A DNA stretch of 64,000 nucleotides from Candidatus Hydrogenedentota bacterium (GTDB taxonomy: Bacteria; Hydrogenedentota; Hydrogenedentia; Hydrogenedentales; SLHB01), in NCBI GenBank assembly GCA_045863295.1, contig BTWA01000006.1, positions 32,001 to 96,000 on the forward strand. The letters are read 5' to 3'. The notes beneath the pieces are model-generated. The model ran no database searches. It was not told the DNA's origin and saw only the letters and a list, made by a program, of their open reading frames with translations. Shown here piece by piece: positions 1 to 8,470 of this stretch. Numbering within the stretch: the stretch's first letter is position 1; the number at the start of each line of letters is the position of its first letter. The position numbers and the translations under genes were made by a program.

Positions 1-615
1 CTCGGGATTGCCCTCGCGGGATCGCGCGTTGCGCAGCATTGGCACTCTGCGATGCAATTGGTTGATTTTTACGATGCGAAAGGCATCTTGGAAGCAATTT
101 TAGGTGTACGCGGAATCGAACTTGGCTTTGAGCGCAATGAGATTATCAGGACCTTTGAGCCCGGACAATCGGCATCAATTCAGCTAGGGAAAAAATGTGT
201 GGGCATTATGGGGGCTGTTAATAGAGCTATCGCAGAGACTTATGATATCTCTGGCGATCTGTTCCTGGTCGAACTGGACCTGTCTGAAACGCTGGCGAAA
301 CAACTAAAGCACAAGTCATTTGATTCGATATCGGCGCATCCGGCGTCGGTCAGAGATATGGCCATCCTTGTAGATGCTGATCAACCCGCTGGGGATGTAC
401 TGTTCGACGCGAGAAATTCGGGCGAACCGTTCCTGCAAGATGCACGAATTTTCGATATCTACGTAGGAGAACAAGTCCCTGACGGGAAAAAGAGTATTGC
501 TCTGGAATTGACGTTCCAAGCGAAAGATCGTACGCTTACCGACAAGGAAACCCAGAAATTCTGGAATGGGATCTTCAACAAGCTCCAATCCAGTTACCAA
601 GCCGAGTTGCGATGA
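1..615 (+). CDS. pheT: Phenylalanine--tRNA ligase beta subunit, C-terminal part (5' truncated by window edge)
   Basis: Frame open from base 1; DFYDAKG motif and FDX-ACB anticodon-binding domain (RDMAILVD...FDIYVGEQVPDGKKSIA...RTLTD); followed by zapA-type genes. Confidence 0.95.
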   Translation, partial: LGIALAGSRVAQHWHSAMQLVDFYDAKGILEAILGVRGIELGFERNEIIRTFEPGQSASIQLGKKCVGIMGAVNRAIAETYDISGDLFLVELDLSETLAKQLKHKSFDSISAHPASVRDMAILVDADQPAGDVLFDARNSGEPFLQDARIFDIYVGEQVPDGKKSIALELTFQAKDRTLTDKETQKFWNGIFNKLQSSYQAELR

Positions 616-908
616 ATGCCCTTGTTGAAAGCCAATTGGCCGAGTTAAGGAGTGCCGTCCAGGCGTTGGAAGAATTTGCCGAGGAGCGGGGGACTACGAT
701 TTCGAAGCTCGAAGAAGAGCGCGATGCATTGCAGCAGGAACAATGGCGCCTGAAGAAGAATCTAACCACCTTGGAGCGCAAATCCAAGCGTTTGGAAGCC
801 CTCGAGGCTCAGAACGGCCGCATGAAAGAGCTGATCGCCGATCTCAGGGAGCGGCTTCACGCTACCCTTAAGGATATCAAGGCCTTGCGGTCAGGCATCG
901 CGTCGTGA
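612..908 (+). CDS. Coiled-coil protein, ZapB-like
   Basis: 98 aa, heptad-rich and all-helical; ATGA overlap with pheT; lies between pheT and zapA. Confidence 0.6.
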   Translation: MNALVESQLAELRSAVQALEEFAEERGTTISKLEEERDALQQEQWRLKKNLTTLERKSKRLEALEAQNGRMKELIADLRERLHATLKDIKALRSGIAS

Positions 909-1198
909 GCAACGAATATGTCAACGTTACCATTGCCGGAATGACTTTCGAGGTGCCCGTTTATGAATCGCCCCAACGTACGCGCGAACTGGCGCGGGAT
1001 GTGGAAGCGCGGTTCCGGAGAATCGAGGCGGCCCATAAGAAGGTCAACACTCAGATGTTCGCGCTCCAGACAGCCATGTCGTACGCCGTTGACTTGGCGA
1101 GTGCTAGAACTGATAACCACGATCAGGACAAGGAAATGGTGAAGGCCTTATCCGAAATCGTTACCCGCCTGAGAACCCGCGCTCGCACCGAAGAGTAG
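905..1198 (+). CDS. zapA: Cell division protein ZapA
   Basis: N-terminal VNVTIAGMTFEV strand, then ARDVEARFRRI and ALQTAMSYA helices; pheT-zapA synteny. Confidence 0.8.
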   Translation: MSNEYVNVTIAGMTFEVPVYESPQRTRELARDVEARFRRIEAAHKKVNTQMFALQTAMSYAVDLASARTDNHDQDKEMVKALSEIVTRLRTRARTEE

Positions 1199-1202
1199 GG
1201 GG

Positions 1203-1384
1203 AAGTCTTTCAGCCGAGCCCGGCTGTCTACAGGTTCTACTTTCCGAGGCCTGCGGTTTTGAACCGATGTGTGCCGACAGGGCGTTCCTAACCAGATCAA
1301 AATGCTCACTACAGAGGGCGGTACCGCATAGCAACCAGGACAAGGCCGACTGCAATTCCTCGAATGTGCGGCAGGGGCAGGCTT
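1203..1384 (+). ncRNA. ssrS: 6S RNA (SsrS), approximate boundaries
   Basis: Directly downstream of zapA, the typical position; about 180 nt; ends pair (AAGTCT/AGGCTT), inner stem CGAGG..TGCGGTT with GACTGCA..CCTCG, central bubble, TTGAACC motif. Confidence 0.7.
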
Positions 1385-1850
1385 AGGCGACGGCGATTCT
1401 GATACCGGTTTTGGCGATGAAGCATGTAAAAATAATGTCCGATAATATATATTATGTGCCAAAATGCGATTCTGATTCGGGTCACTTGCTGGAGCTGGCG
1501 TCATATTCTAACCTGAGGCGTTGTCTGTGAGCACATAGTGTATCTCCTTTTTCCGCTTAGGGTTGGCATGATTAGGAGACACCTTGGGCTTCATTGAGCG
1601 ATGTGGTTTTCAGTGGTTTCGGATTCAAGCGGGAAAGCGCGGGTCTCCCAGCGCACCTGAAAGTTGGGTCTTTATGGCAGACCCCGGATTGGGCAGATCT
1701 CTACCCGCACGGGTGCCACTCTGATTTGTTGAGGATTGATCCGTGGTAGCCTCAAAACATGGATCCACCGGTCGGTCTGGGAGCAAACCAGATGACGTGG
1801 AGTTGGCGCGCGGTTGGACTGCGACGCAAGGTTTATTCGGAGGTGAAAAA

Positions 1851-1926
1851 TGGAGCGGGATACGGGATTCGAACCCGCGACTTTCAGCTTGGGAAGCTGA
1901 CACTCTACCAGCTGAGTTAATCCCGC
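1851..1926 (-). tRNA. tRNA-Gly (anticodon CCC)
   Basis: Reverse complement GCGGGATTAACTCAGCTGGTAGAGTGTCAGCTTCCCAAGCTGAAAGTCGCGGGTTCGAATCCCGTATCCCGCTCCA: cloverleaf, GTTCGAATC T-loop, encoded CCA. Confidence 0.97.
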
Positions 1927-2501
1927 TCAGTGTGGCTCGTGAGTCTATCACTCGGCCTAGGGCCTGTCAACCTACTCCATACCCTGTGTGTTCGGTGCGG
2001 GCGTTTCTCGAGGGTTTCAGGTGGAGTTTTATTCTTGTCAATGGTCGCTTGGCCGGAATTTCCCCCTCCCCATTCTGTAAAGTATACTTACTTACTTGAA
2101 AGTGCTGGAAACGTTGGACACAGGTGGAAACGAAGTCCCTCCGGGGCTATTCTGGATATCAGCATAGCTCATTAAACTCCTATCAGAACCGCTGATTTTT
2201 ACACTAGGGCCGAAGGTGAATCTCTACGGCAAGGATTTGCTTGTGATGGTCAAGATATACTGAGACGATTGGTCCTCCCTGTTGATTGCTCACCCTTTCC
2301 AACCGTGCGTACTGGTTTACGATAGACTCGTCAAGGAATTACCGCTCATAAATACTAGAGATTGGGGTTTTTCATGTGTCTTGTGTAGCCTAATGGAACA
2401 GGCCGGACACTCAATTCGCGCCAATATGGCCCAGATTCAACGAGTATGTTATTTATTACCTCAGATAGCCAATACTGGGGTCATTTAGCAATCTCGGAAA
2501 A

Positions 2502-4721
2502 TTGTATTTTTGTGCGTTTCTTGCACTCATGTGTGTTTTTATCTGGAGCATGATTCAAGGTGCTGTATTGACGGGATCATTCCAAGGGCGTACTCTTGAT
2601 GCAAATCGCGGAGTCCACCACCCCGATCAGGACGCGTGTATGATGCCGGAAGACATTCAGGATAATCCGAGTGAGAGCACTTCGTGTTCTTTTAAAAGAA
2701 GGTGCCGCGCTTTAATCAGTGCCTTATTGTCTGTGATGATCCTGACCCGAGTAAGCAGTTCCGTTTTTTTCGGTACATTCCTGATCGCGTATGCAGCACC
2801 CCCGGTTGGCGAGCCTGGTTTCTTCATCAACCCTGCCCCAGCACCCTCCCCGGGGACCGTGGTGTTGCAAACCACGCGATTTCATCCTGGAGAGGTCCAT
2901 GTACTTTCTTGGAAAATGAAGGTCGATGGTGCTAAGACATGGCGATTTCGTTCGCCATTTGCCGGTGTTTCAATTGAGTACTTCGATGTTTCTGGTGTTC
3001 CTATTGCGTCTCAAAGCAGGCATACCCACTGTTATTCGACGGTTTCGGAGCAGGATGCCTGGTGTGTGCTGGATGTTCCCTCCTCGGCAGACCGTTTGGA
3101 GGTGACATTTCGAATTGAGTCGGATGAGACACTTCCTGGCCATTTCTGGGTTGGACAGTTCCGGCTTGAGCCATTGGAATCTGCGAACAAGCCGGACGTC
3201 CACAGCAGCAAAGCGCTCTTGACGCTCTCCCCTGTGCTTGCGGATGGAACGCCCACACCGGCCCGCCTCTATCTCAAGGATTCCTATGGACTTCCGGCCG
3301 ATGTGCCGTTTACATTTGAATTCGACGGGGGGAAACTGGGTTTTCACCTGTCCTCTCTTCATTTAAACCGCTTCGCGGTTTTGCCGGGGACTTATGAAGT
3401 TGTTGCCATGAAAGGGTTTGAATACAAGCCTGTTCGTACGACAGTGACGCTGGAGGCGGGCGAGTCAAAGAACGTTGAACTCATTCTCGAACCTGCCTTT
3501 GATGCATCGTATCGGAATTGGTATTCCGGGGATCATCACACTCATCTATTCCGCCACGCCAGCACTGTACATCCGTTCATGAACATCGATGATGTCTACC
3601 GGATTGCGCAGGGTGAAGGACTGGCCTTTGTGCCATTCATGGGTGCGGATCGGGTTTCTGAGCCATTGAAAGTCCGTTCGGAACCTGGTTTTCTCGGCTG
3701 GGCCACCAACGAATTGACCCGGGATCTATGGGGTCACATCTGCCCCATAGGATTTGACGTGCCGGCACTGCCTGAATATGGCAACTTATGGCCGATGAAC
3801 GTCGACTACATGGCTGCGGCCGAATCGGCTGGTGGCGCGATTGCCTATGCCCATCCCTATGCCCGATTCAATCCGGAGTCCATAGCTTCTGCGGTCTCCG
3901 ATCCGGAATCCGGCCATGCGGCCCGGGAACTGCCGTTGGCGGCGGCCCTTGGCCACCGGTTCACCATCGACATGCTGACCAAGGAAGGGTTTGGGTCGAA
4001 TTTTGGAATGAAACTGCGGGACTATTTCCGGTTGCTGAACCTGGGGTTTCAACTTGGCGTATCCGGTTCCACGGATTTTCATGCGGACCAGGGCCGGGGA
4101 ATCATTGGTGCCATGCGTACGTATGTTCACGCCGATCCGTTTACGTGGCCGGCCGTTGCCCAAGCCTACCGGGAAGGCCGGACCTTTGCCACGAACGGTC
4201 CCCTGTTGTTTCTGTCGGCCGGGGCGTTTCAACCGGGAGACACGGTAACCCTGGAGGCGGAAGGCGAATTGACCGTCGCGGTGGAGGCATTCAGCCATTG
4301 GGGCCTGACCGGAGCGACCCTTTGGTACAACGGCCGTGCCGTGGAAACCTGGCGGGCTCAAGGCGATTTGGCATTACTTCGCGAGCATACGTTTAAAGTT
4401 TCCCATTCCGGATGGGTAGTGCTGAGTGCGACCGGGCCGGCACATGACGAATTGACCCACGCGCCGGAAGGTGTGCCGACGGTGGATGGGCAGTTTGCAA
4501 TCACGAGTCCCCTTTATGTCACGGTTGTCGGCCGCCCTGCCCCCGCGGATCCTGAGGCGGCCCGTTATTTCATGGCGTGGGTGGATAACGCGAAGACGGC
4601 CTTTGAAACGGCCTGCGCTTCTTCGGCCGCGAAGGGCAATCCTCTCCCCGAGGCGATCCGGGATCAGGCGCTGGCCCGGTTTGCGGAGGCGCGGTCTGTG
4701 TATTTTCGCCTGTCGGACTAG
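2502..4721 (+). CDS. CehA/McbA-family (PHP-like) metallohydrolase with N-terminal beta-sandwich domains; true start probably near 2640-2740
   Basis: WYSGDHHTH, AYAHP, GSTDFH, GRTFATNGP and AITSPLYV motifs. Confidence 0.8.
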   Translation: MYFCAFLALMCVFIWSMIQGAVLTGSFQGRTLDANRGVHHPDQDACMMPEDIQDNPSESTSCSFKRRCRALISALLSVMILTRVSSSVFFGTFLIAYAAPPVGEPGFFINPAPAPSPGTVVLQTTRFHPGEVHVLSWKMKVDGAKTWRFRSPFAGVSIEYFDVSGVPIASQSRHTHCYSTVSEQDAWCVLDVPSSADRLEVTFRIESDETLPGHFWVGQFRLEPLESANKPDVHSSKALLTLSPVLADGTPTPARLYLKDSYGLPADVPFTFEFDGGKLGFHLSSLHLNRFAVLPGTYEVVAMKGFEYKPVRTTVTLEAGESKNVELILEPAFDASYRNWYSGDHHTHLFRHASTVHPFMNIDDVYRIAQGEGLAFVPFMGADRVSEPLKVRSEPGFLGWATNELTRDLWGHICPIGFDVPALPEYGNLWPMNVDYMAAAESAGGAIAYAHPYARFNPESIASAVSDPESGHAARELPLAAALGHRFTIDMLTKEGFGSNFGMKLRDYFRLLNLGFQLGVSGSTDFHADQGRGIIGAMRTYVHADPFTWPAVAQAYREGRTFATNGPLLFLSAGAFQPGDTVTLEAEGELTVAVEAFSHWGLTGATLWYNGRAVETWRAQGDLALLREHTFKVSHSGWVVLSATGPAHDELTHAPEGVPTVDGQFAITSPLYVTVVGRPAPADPEAARYFMAWVDNAKTAFETACASSAAKGNPLPEAIRDQALARFAEARSVYFRLSD

Positions 4722-4824
4722 GGCGGCGATGCCCCCCCACTTCATTCCGCAGCCGCCCCGCAGGGTGATACCATGCACCATTCGGTCTGGGTATCTCTTA
4801 CAACTCTTACGCGGAGGGTCAGTC

Positions 4825-6645
4825 ATGCGCTGCCGAGCGTACACCTTGGTTCTGCTTGTTGCCTTGCTGTTTTCCAGTTTGGTCAAGGCGCAATCGCAGC
4901 CCTCTGGTCCAGGTACGGTGGAAGGGGTGGTGTACGGACGCGATGCCTCCCTCCCGCTGCCGCGAACACTGGTATTTTCAGTGAGTCCCGACAAGATCCT
5001 GGCCAATGCCGAAGCGTGGAAAGCGCAGGGCGTCGGCGGGTTCTTTCTGGAGGGTGTGGCCAGCGAGTGGTCCAGCGATGTGTGGGCGACCGACAAGAAG
5101 CCACACACGATCGGCGCGAGCGACGAAACGTTTCAGAAGGTGCGGGAAGTAAACGCCCTGTGCAAGCGGCTCGGCATGGTGACTTATCTGAAGATTGTCT
5201 ATGCGAATCCGTTGGAGTGGTTTAACGACACGGCGTGGCAACACATCAACCACCACTTCCGGCAGTTCGCGATCTTTGCGCGCGCCGCGGGTTGCCGCGG
5301 GGTTGCACTTGATATCGAGTATGTGGGCCAACAATTCGCGTTTGACTGGGAGGGCTATACGTATGATGGGTATACGCGGAAGGATCTGATCCGGACCATT
5401 CGCGAGCGGTCCGCCGGACAACTTCGGGCGATGTACGACGAGTTTCCAGAAATGGAGTTCCTCGTGCTGCCCGAAGGCGGCATTCATCTGGGGACTCACA
5501 TACAGACGTCGTGGATCGAAGTGGCGGCGGAACGTGACGCGCCCGGGGGCGTACACTTCTTCATGGAAGCCACGTATACGTCGTCGCACCTCGACCGCTA
5601 TCTCGCGTACACCAGCGCGACGAATCTTCTGTTTCGCCGTCAGTTGAGCGAACGTGGGCGGGAGTACTGGGCGCGGCGGTGCACGCTTGCCGCGGGCACC
5701 TGGCCGACCGGATTCGACATTGGGGCGAATCATGACTCTTCCCTCACCCCGACGGAACTGCGCCAAAGTTTCGCTGGTGCGCTGATGGTGTCGCCGAAGT
5801 TCAATTGGGTTTACGTCGACCGGTACGGTGAGCACCACGTGGGCAACGTTCCCGAAGACTATGAAGGCAAGACCGATTTTGCGATGGTGGCGGAGGTGTT
5901 GGGCAACCGCGAAATCGTGCTCGATGATCGCTACAAACGAATTGCCCTTGCCTTGCGCGGCCTCCCTCCCACCGATCCGGCCGCGGATCTGGGGATCGCG
6001 GCCGTGCCCCGGTTCATGCTGCCGCATGGCACGCCCACAATCGACCTCGTGCCTTCGACGTCGGTCGGCGCGGCGGAAACGGAACACGCATGGGACATTG
6101 CGATGGCGTACTACGAGGGGGAATCGCAGGATCTGCAGGCGATTTTTCAACCGATCCGGGATTGGCGTCTCATCGGACCGTTTCCAAGCGGCGACGGGCT
6201 TACGGGGCACGATGCCGTGTACGGGCCGGAAAAGGAAATTGATTTAACGGCGGCGTACGAGGGTGCGAACGGATCGGTGGCGTGGCAGCCGTTCCGCCTT
6301 GCGGACGGCGCACTGGGCATTGATTTCAAACCCATGTTCACACCGAACGAAAACGCGGTGGCGTATGCGTTGACGTATGTGGAGTCGCCGGTGGAACAAG
6401 CCGTGCAAATCCGCTTCGCGTCGAACGACGCAGGCAAGTTGTGGGTGGGCGGCAAACTGGTCAACGATTTTAATCGGGAAAGTTGGTCGGTGTTGGATCG
6501 CGACATCGTCGAGGTGACGCTGCCCAAGGGCAAGACGCCGGTTTTATGCAAGGTGACGAACGGGATCGGCGCGTGGACGTTGGTGGTGCGAATCACGGAC
6601 AAGGACGGCGAGCCGGTGAAAGGGTTGGTGTTCAGTGGGGAATGA
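4825..6645 (+). CDS. Secreted hypothetical protein, possible glycoside-hydrolase-like barrel plus C-terminal beta-sandwich (PA14-like)
   Basis: GGAGG RBS before ATG 4825; signal peptide MRCRAYTLVLLVALLFSSLVKAQ; GVALDIEY; C-terminal WRLIGPF...AVAYA...SNDAGKLWVGGKLV...LCKV. Confidence 0.7.
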   Translation: MRCRAYTLVLLVALLFSSLVKAQSQPSGPGTVEGVVYGRDASLPLPRTLVFSVSPDKILANAEAWKAQGVGGFFLEGVASEWSSDVWATDKKPHTIGASDETFQKVREVNALCKRLGMVTYLKIVYANPLEWFNDTAWQHINHHFRQFAIFARAAGCRGVALDIEYVGQQFAFDWEGYTYDGYTRKDLIRTIRERSAGQLRAMYDEFPEMEFLVLPEGGIHLGTHIQTSWIEVAAERDAPGGVHFFMEATYTSSHLDRYLAYTSATNLLFRRQLSERGREYWARRCTLAAGTWPTGFDIGANHDSSLTPTELRQSFAGALMVSPKFNWVYVDRYGEHHVGNVPEDYEGKTDFAMVAEVLGNREIVLDDRYKRIALALRGLPPTDPAADLGIAAVPRFMLPHGTPTIDLVPSTSVGAAETEHAWDIAMAYYEGESQDLQAIFQPIRDWRLIGPFPSGDGLTGHDAVYGPEKEIDLTAAYEGANGSVAWQPFRLADGALGIDFKPMFTPNENAVAYALTYVESPVEQAVQIRFASNDAGKLWVGGKLVNDFNRESWSVLDRDIVEVTLPKGKTPVLCKVTNGIGAWTLVVRITDKDGEPVKGLVFSGE

Positions 6646-6760
6646 AAGAATGTGAATCTCGCGCGGAGGCGCAGAGAGGTGGCCGGGTGGATCGCCGGCG
6701 TGTGTAGAAACCTGCCGCTGCAGCCTTTGACCTTGCTGTGGTTTGGGGAGAATCTCCGCT
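6615..6760 (+). repeat. 146-bp direct repeat, copy A (left flank of the Cas9 locus)
   Basis: Ungapped alignment to 13491-13636, 128/146 identical by manual count; contains the last 10 codons of the upstream gene and most of a CRISPR repeat. Confidence 0.9.
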
Positions 6761-6808
6761 CAGGTTTACTCTGATCGATAATCATCTTATGCCCGGCATC
6801 GCTGTGGT
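6735..6808 (+). CRISPR. Orphan mini-array: near-consensus type II repeat, 30-bp spacer, truncated repeat
   Basis: 6735-6770 GCTGTGGTTTGGGGAGAATCTCCGCTCAGGTTTACT (34/36 to array repeat); exactly 30 nt later GCTGTGGT at 6801. Confidence 0.75.
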
Positions 6809-6945
6809 GTTCACTGATTTCGTATCCCATGTTGACTCGTCAATGTCCCCTATAGTCTGGCTTTTCTGTTGCATTTTCTTAGCGGATTGAAACAAGGGTA
6901 TATGATGGATTTGCGCTGTTTGCGCATTGTTCTTACTTCAAATTT

Positions 6946-6974
6946 TGGTTCATCCTCGCGTGTGTGGGGAATGT
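6946..6974. repeat. Degenerate type I-E-like CRISPR repeat (relic)
   Basis: TGGTTCATCCTCGCGTGTGTGGGGAATGT resembles CGGTTCATCCCCGC..GCGGGGAACAC repeats; a second copy lies at 7482. Confidence 0.6.
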
Positions 6975-7040
6975 TACTCGCCCGTCCCGTGGTAGACCAC
7001 CAGCGGTTCTCCGTTTTCATCCACCACATTCGAATCATCG
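6974..7040 (-). pseudogene. Fragment resembling the phage polyvalent-protein ADP-ribosyltransferase domain N-terminus
   Basis: Translates to SNVVDENGEPLVVYHGTGE-stop. Confidence 0.5.
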
Positions 7041-7438
7041 TCTGGATTGACAGAAAAAAATGGTGTGAAGTATCTGGGGATCGAGTCCAAGGGAACGCCG
7101 CAAGTTCCGTTGGCGACAGCGGCCCCGGTCTTGAGCGCCGCCGTCCGCACCTGGCGCCACTGCCCTGAATTCGGCCTCGACGGCTTTCCAGCCGGAGCCA
7201 GCAACTGTCCATGCTCCCCTCGGCCACCGAGAACACCGGCCATTGCGCATCTGGCCCGTCAGTGGTATCCTGTTTTTGGAATGGCGCTTGCCAAGATCCC
7301 GGAATCGTTGAGGCAGGTGTCGCCGGGTTGGGGTTCTCCGGGGTTCGCCCAATGCCTTCCCTTTCCCACACAATCCTCATGTTGGCCTGCCGTCCGGCGC
7401 TCAGGTACGGAAAATGCGTCCTTAACTTGCCGCTCACC

Positions 7439-7503
7439 AATGAAGGAATGTGAATTTCGCGCAGAGGCGCGGGGAGGTGGCCGGTTCATCCCCGCGTGTG
7501 TGG
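7439..7503 (+). repeat. Partial third copy of the flanking direct repeat
   Basis: AATGAAGGAATGTGAATTTCGCGCAGAGGCGCGGGGAGGTGGCCGG aligns with the sequence starting at 6641 and near 13517. Confidence 0.8.
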
Positions 7504-7510
7504 GGTTATG
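7482..7510. repeat. Degenerate type I-E-like CRISPR repeat (relic)
   Basis: CGGTTCATCCCCGCGTGTGTGGGGTTATG. Confidence 0.6.
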
Positions 7511-7526
7511 GTACATCATTGAAGTT

Positions 7527-7565
7527 CAGACCACAGGCCACGCCTTAGGCGTGGCCTGTGGTCTG
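7527..7565 (+). promoter_or_regulatory. Perfect 18-bp hairpin sequestering the 5' part of the first CRISPR repeat
   Basis: CAGACCACAGGCCACGCC-TTA-GGCGTGGCCTGTGGTCTG; right arm overlaps repeat 1 at 7555-7565. Confidence 0.75.
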
Positions 7566-8052
7566 GGGAGAATCTCCGCTCAGGTATACTCTCACCGGAC
7601 ATCGACCCAAGCTCGGATAGGCTGTGGTCTGGGGAGAATCTCCGCTCAGGTATACTTCGCGGAATCCGGGGTGAATGACGAATGTGGCTGTGGTCTGGGG
7701 AGAATCTCCGCTCAGGTATACTTAGTGCTCTACGTAGCTTTATCTGGTCTGGGCTGTGGTCTGGGGAGAATCTCCGCTCAGGTATACTCAGGTCCATGCC
7801 GACGATCTCCGCTGGGCGGCTGTGGTCTGGGGAGAATCTCCGCTCAGGTATACTACTTCCGTTCGGCAACGTCTGCACAGTCTCGCTGTGGTCTGGGGAG
7901 AATCTCCGCTCAGGTATACTCGCCGCCCCCGAGGAACGTCGCGCGAGGCGGCTGTGGTCTGGGGAGAATCTCCGCTCAGGTATACTTGCGCAGGCACTTG
8001 GCAATATAGAGGCGACGCTGTGGTCTGGGGAGAATCTCCGCTCAGGTATACT
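7555..8052 (+). CRISPR. Type II-C CRISPR array, 8 repeats of 36 bp and 7 spacers of 30 bp
   Basis: Repeat GCTGTGGTCTGGGGAGAATCTCCGCTCAGGTATACT at 7555 (first base C), 7621, 7687, 7753, 7819, 7885, 7951 and 8017; + orientation inferred from tracrRNA complementarity and the 3' TATACT -10 box. Confidence 0.98.
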
Positions 8053-8056
8053 TAGG

Positions 8057-8085
8057 CCCCGCGTAACCGTAAGCGTTACGCGGGG
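8057..8085 (+). terminator. Hairpin after the last repeat (probable pre-crRNA terminator)
   Basis: CCCCGCGTAAC-N7-GTTACGCGGGG, 11-bp stem; short U tail. Confidence 0.6.
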
Positions 8086-8196
8086 TTACTGAGTCATTTA
8101 ATGGAATTTTTGCCCCTAAATCTGTTAGAGTGCGGCTGTTAGGCCTTCGAAATAAATCGTATATGGAGACACGTGATGTCATATCGTCTGGCACTT

Positions 8197-8239
8197 AAAA
8201 TGATCCGTCCGCCAATTAAACAGAAATTGGCGGACGGAT
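8197..8239 (-). terminator. Intrinsic terminator of the 53-aa gene
   Basis: 15-bp perfect stem ATCCGTCCGCCAATT/AATTGGCGGACGGAT, 9 nt past the stop; CATTTT tail on the minus strand. Confidence 0.75.
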
Positions 8240-8248
8240 GTTCCGGAA

Positions 8249-8410
8249 TTACTTCTGACAGTCTCCAGCGGTGTCCTTTGCCTTGCACTGATTGCATAGT
8301 TCTCCCGAAGTCGGCTTTGTGGAAGATTCCACATAGTTGGAAGTCGGCCATAAGGAACAGTTTTTGCAACAATGCCAGGCGTCCTTGTCCTTCTTTCTGC
8401 GGTATGGCAT
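8249..8410 (-). CDS. 53-aa Cys-rich small protein (putative Zn-binding), not in the ORF track
   Basis: MPYRRKKDKDAWHCCKNCSLWPTSNYVESSTKPTSGELCNQCKAKDTAGDCQK; GGAGGTG RBS 6 nt upstream; own promoter and terminator. Confidence 0.8.
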   Translation of the reverse strand: MPYRRKKDKDAWHCCKNCSLWPTSNYVESSTKPTSGELCNQCKAKDTAGDCQK

Positions 8411-8470
8411 ACGTGTCACCTCCCTTCACGCAAAATTCTCTATATAATTGGCCTTAACCTAGATGCCATT

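Noticed and set aside
1385..2500. Integrative element at tRNA-Gly
   Set aside because: The flanks are relatively AT-rich, but I saw no integrase and no duplicated tRNA 3' end in the window.
4978..6210. Long antisense ORFs (410 aa here, 380 aa at 14443-15585, and others)
   Set aside because: Shadow ORFs opposite well-supported genes in GC-rich DNA.
6771..6800. Possible self-targets of the mini-array spacer (CCCGGCATC near 31111, GCCCGGCATC near 31996)
   Set aside because: Only 9-10-nt matches inside coding regions, not clearly above chance in 64 kb of GC-rich DNA.
7375..7415. CGCTCAGGTA as another degenerate type II repeat
   Set aside because: Only 10 nt match, and the 5' tracr-pairing part is absent.
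7047..8092. ORFs with repeating peptides (CGLGRISAQVY, SIPERRFSPDH, LWSGENLRSGIL)
   Set aside because: These are translations of the CRISPR array (66-bp period, a multiple of 3), not proteins.
8139..8457. 96-aa and 94-aa ORFs from the track between the array and cas2
   Set aside because: They lack a clear RBS or recognisable motifs. The overlapping 53-aa frame has the RBS, promoter and terminator.
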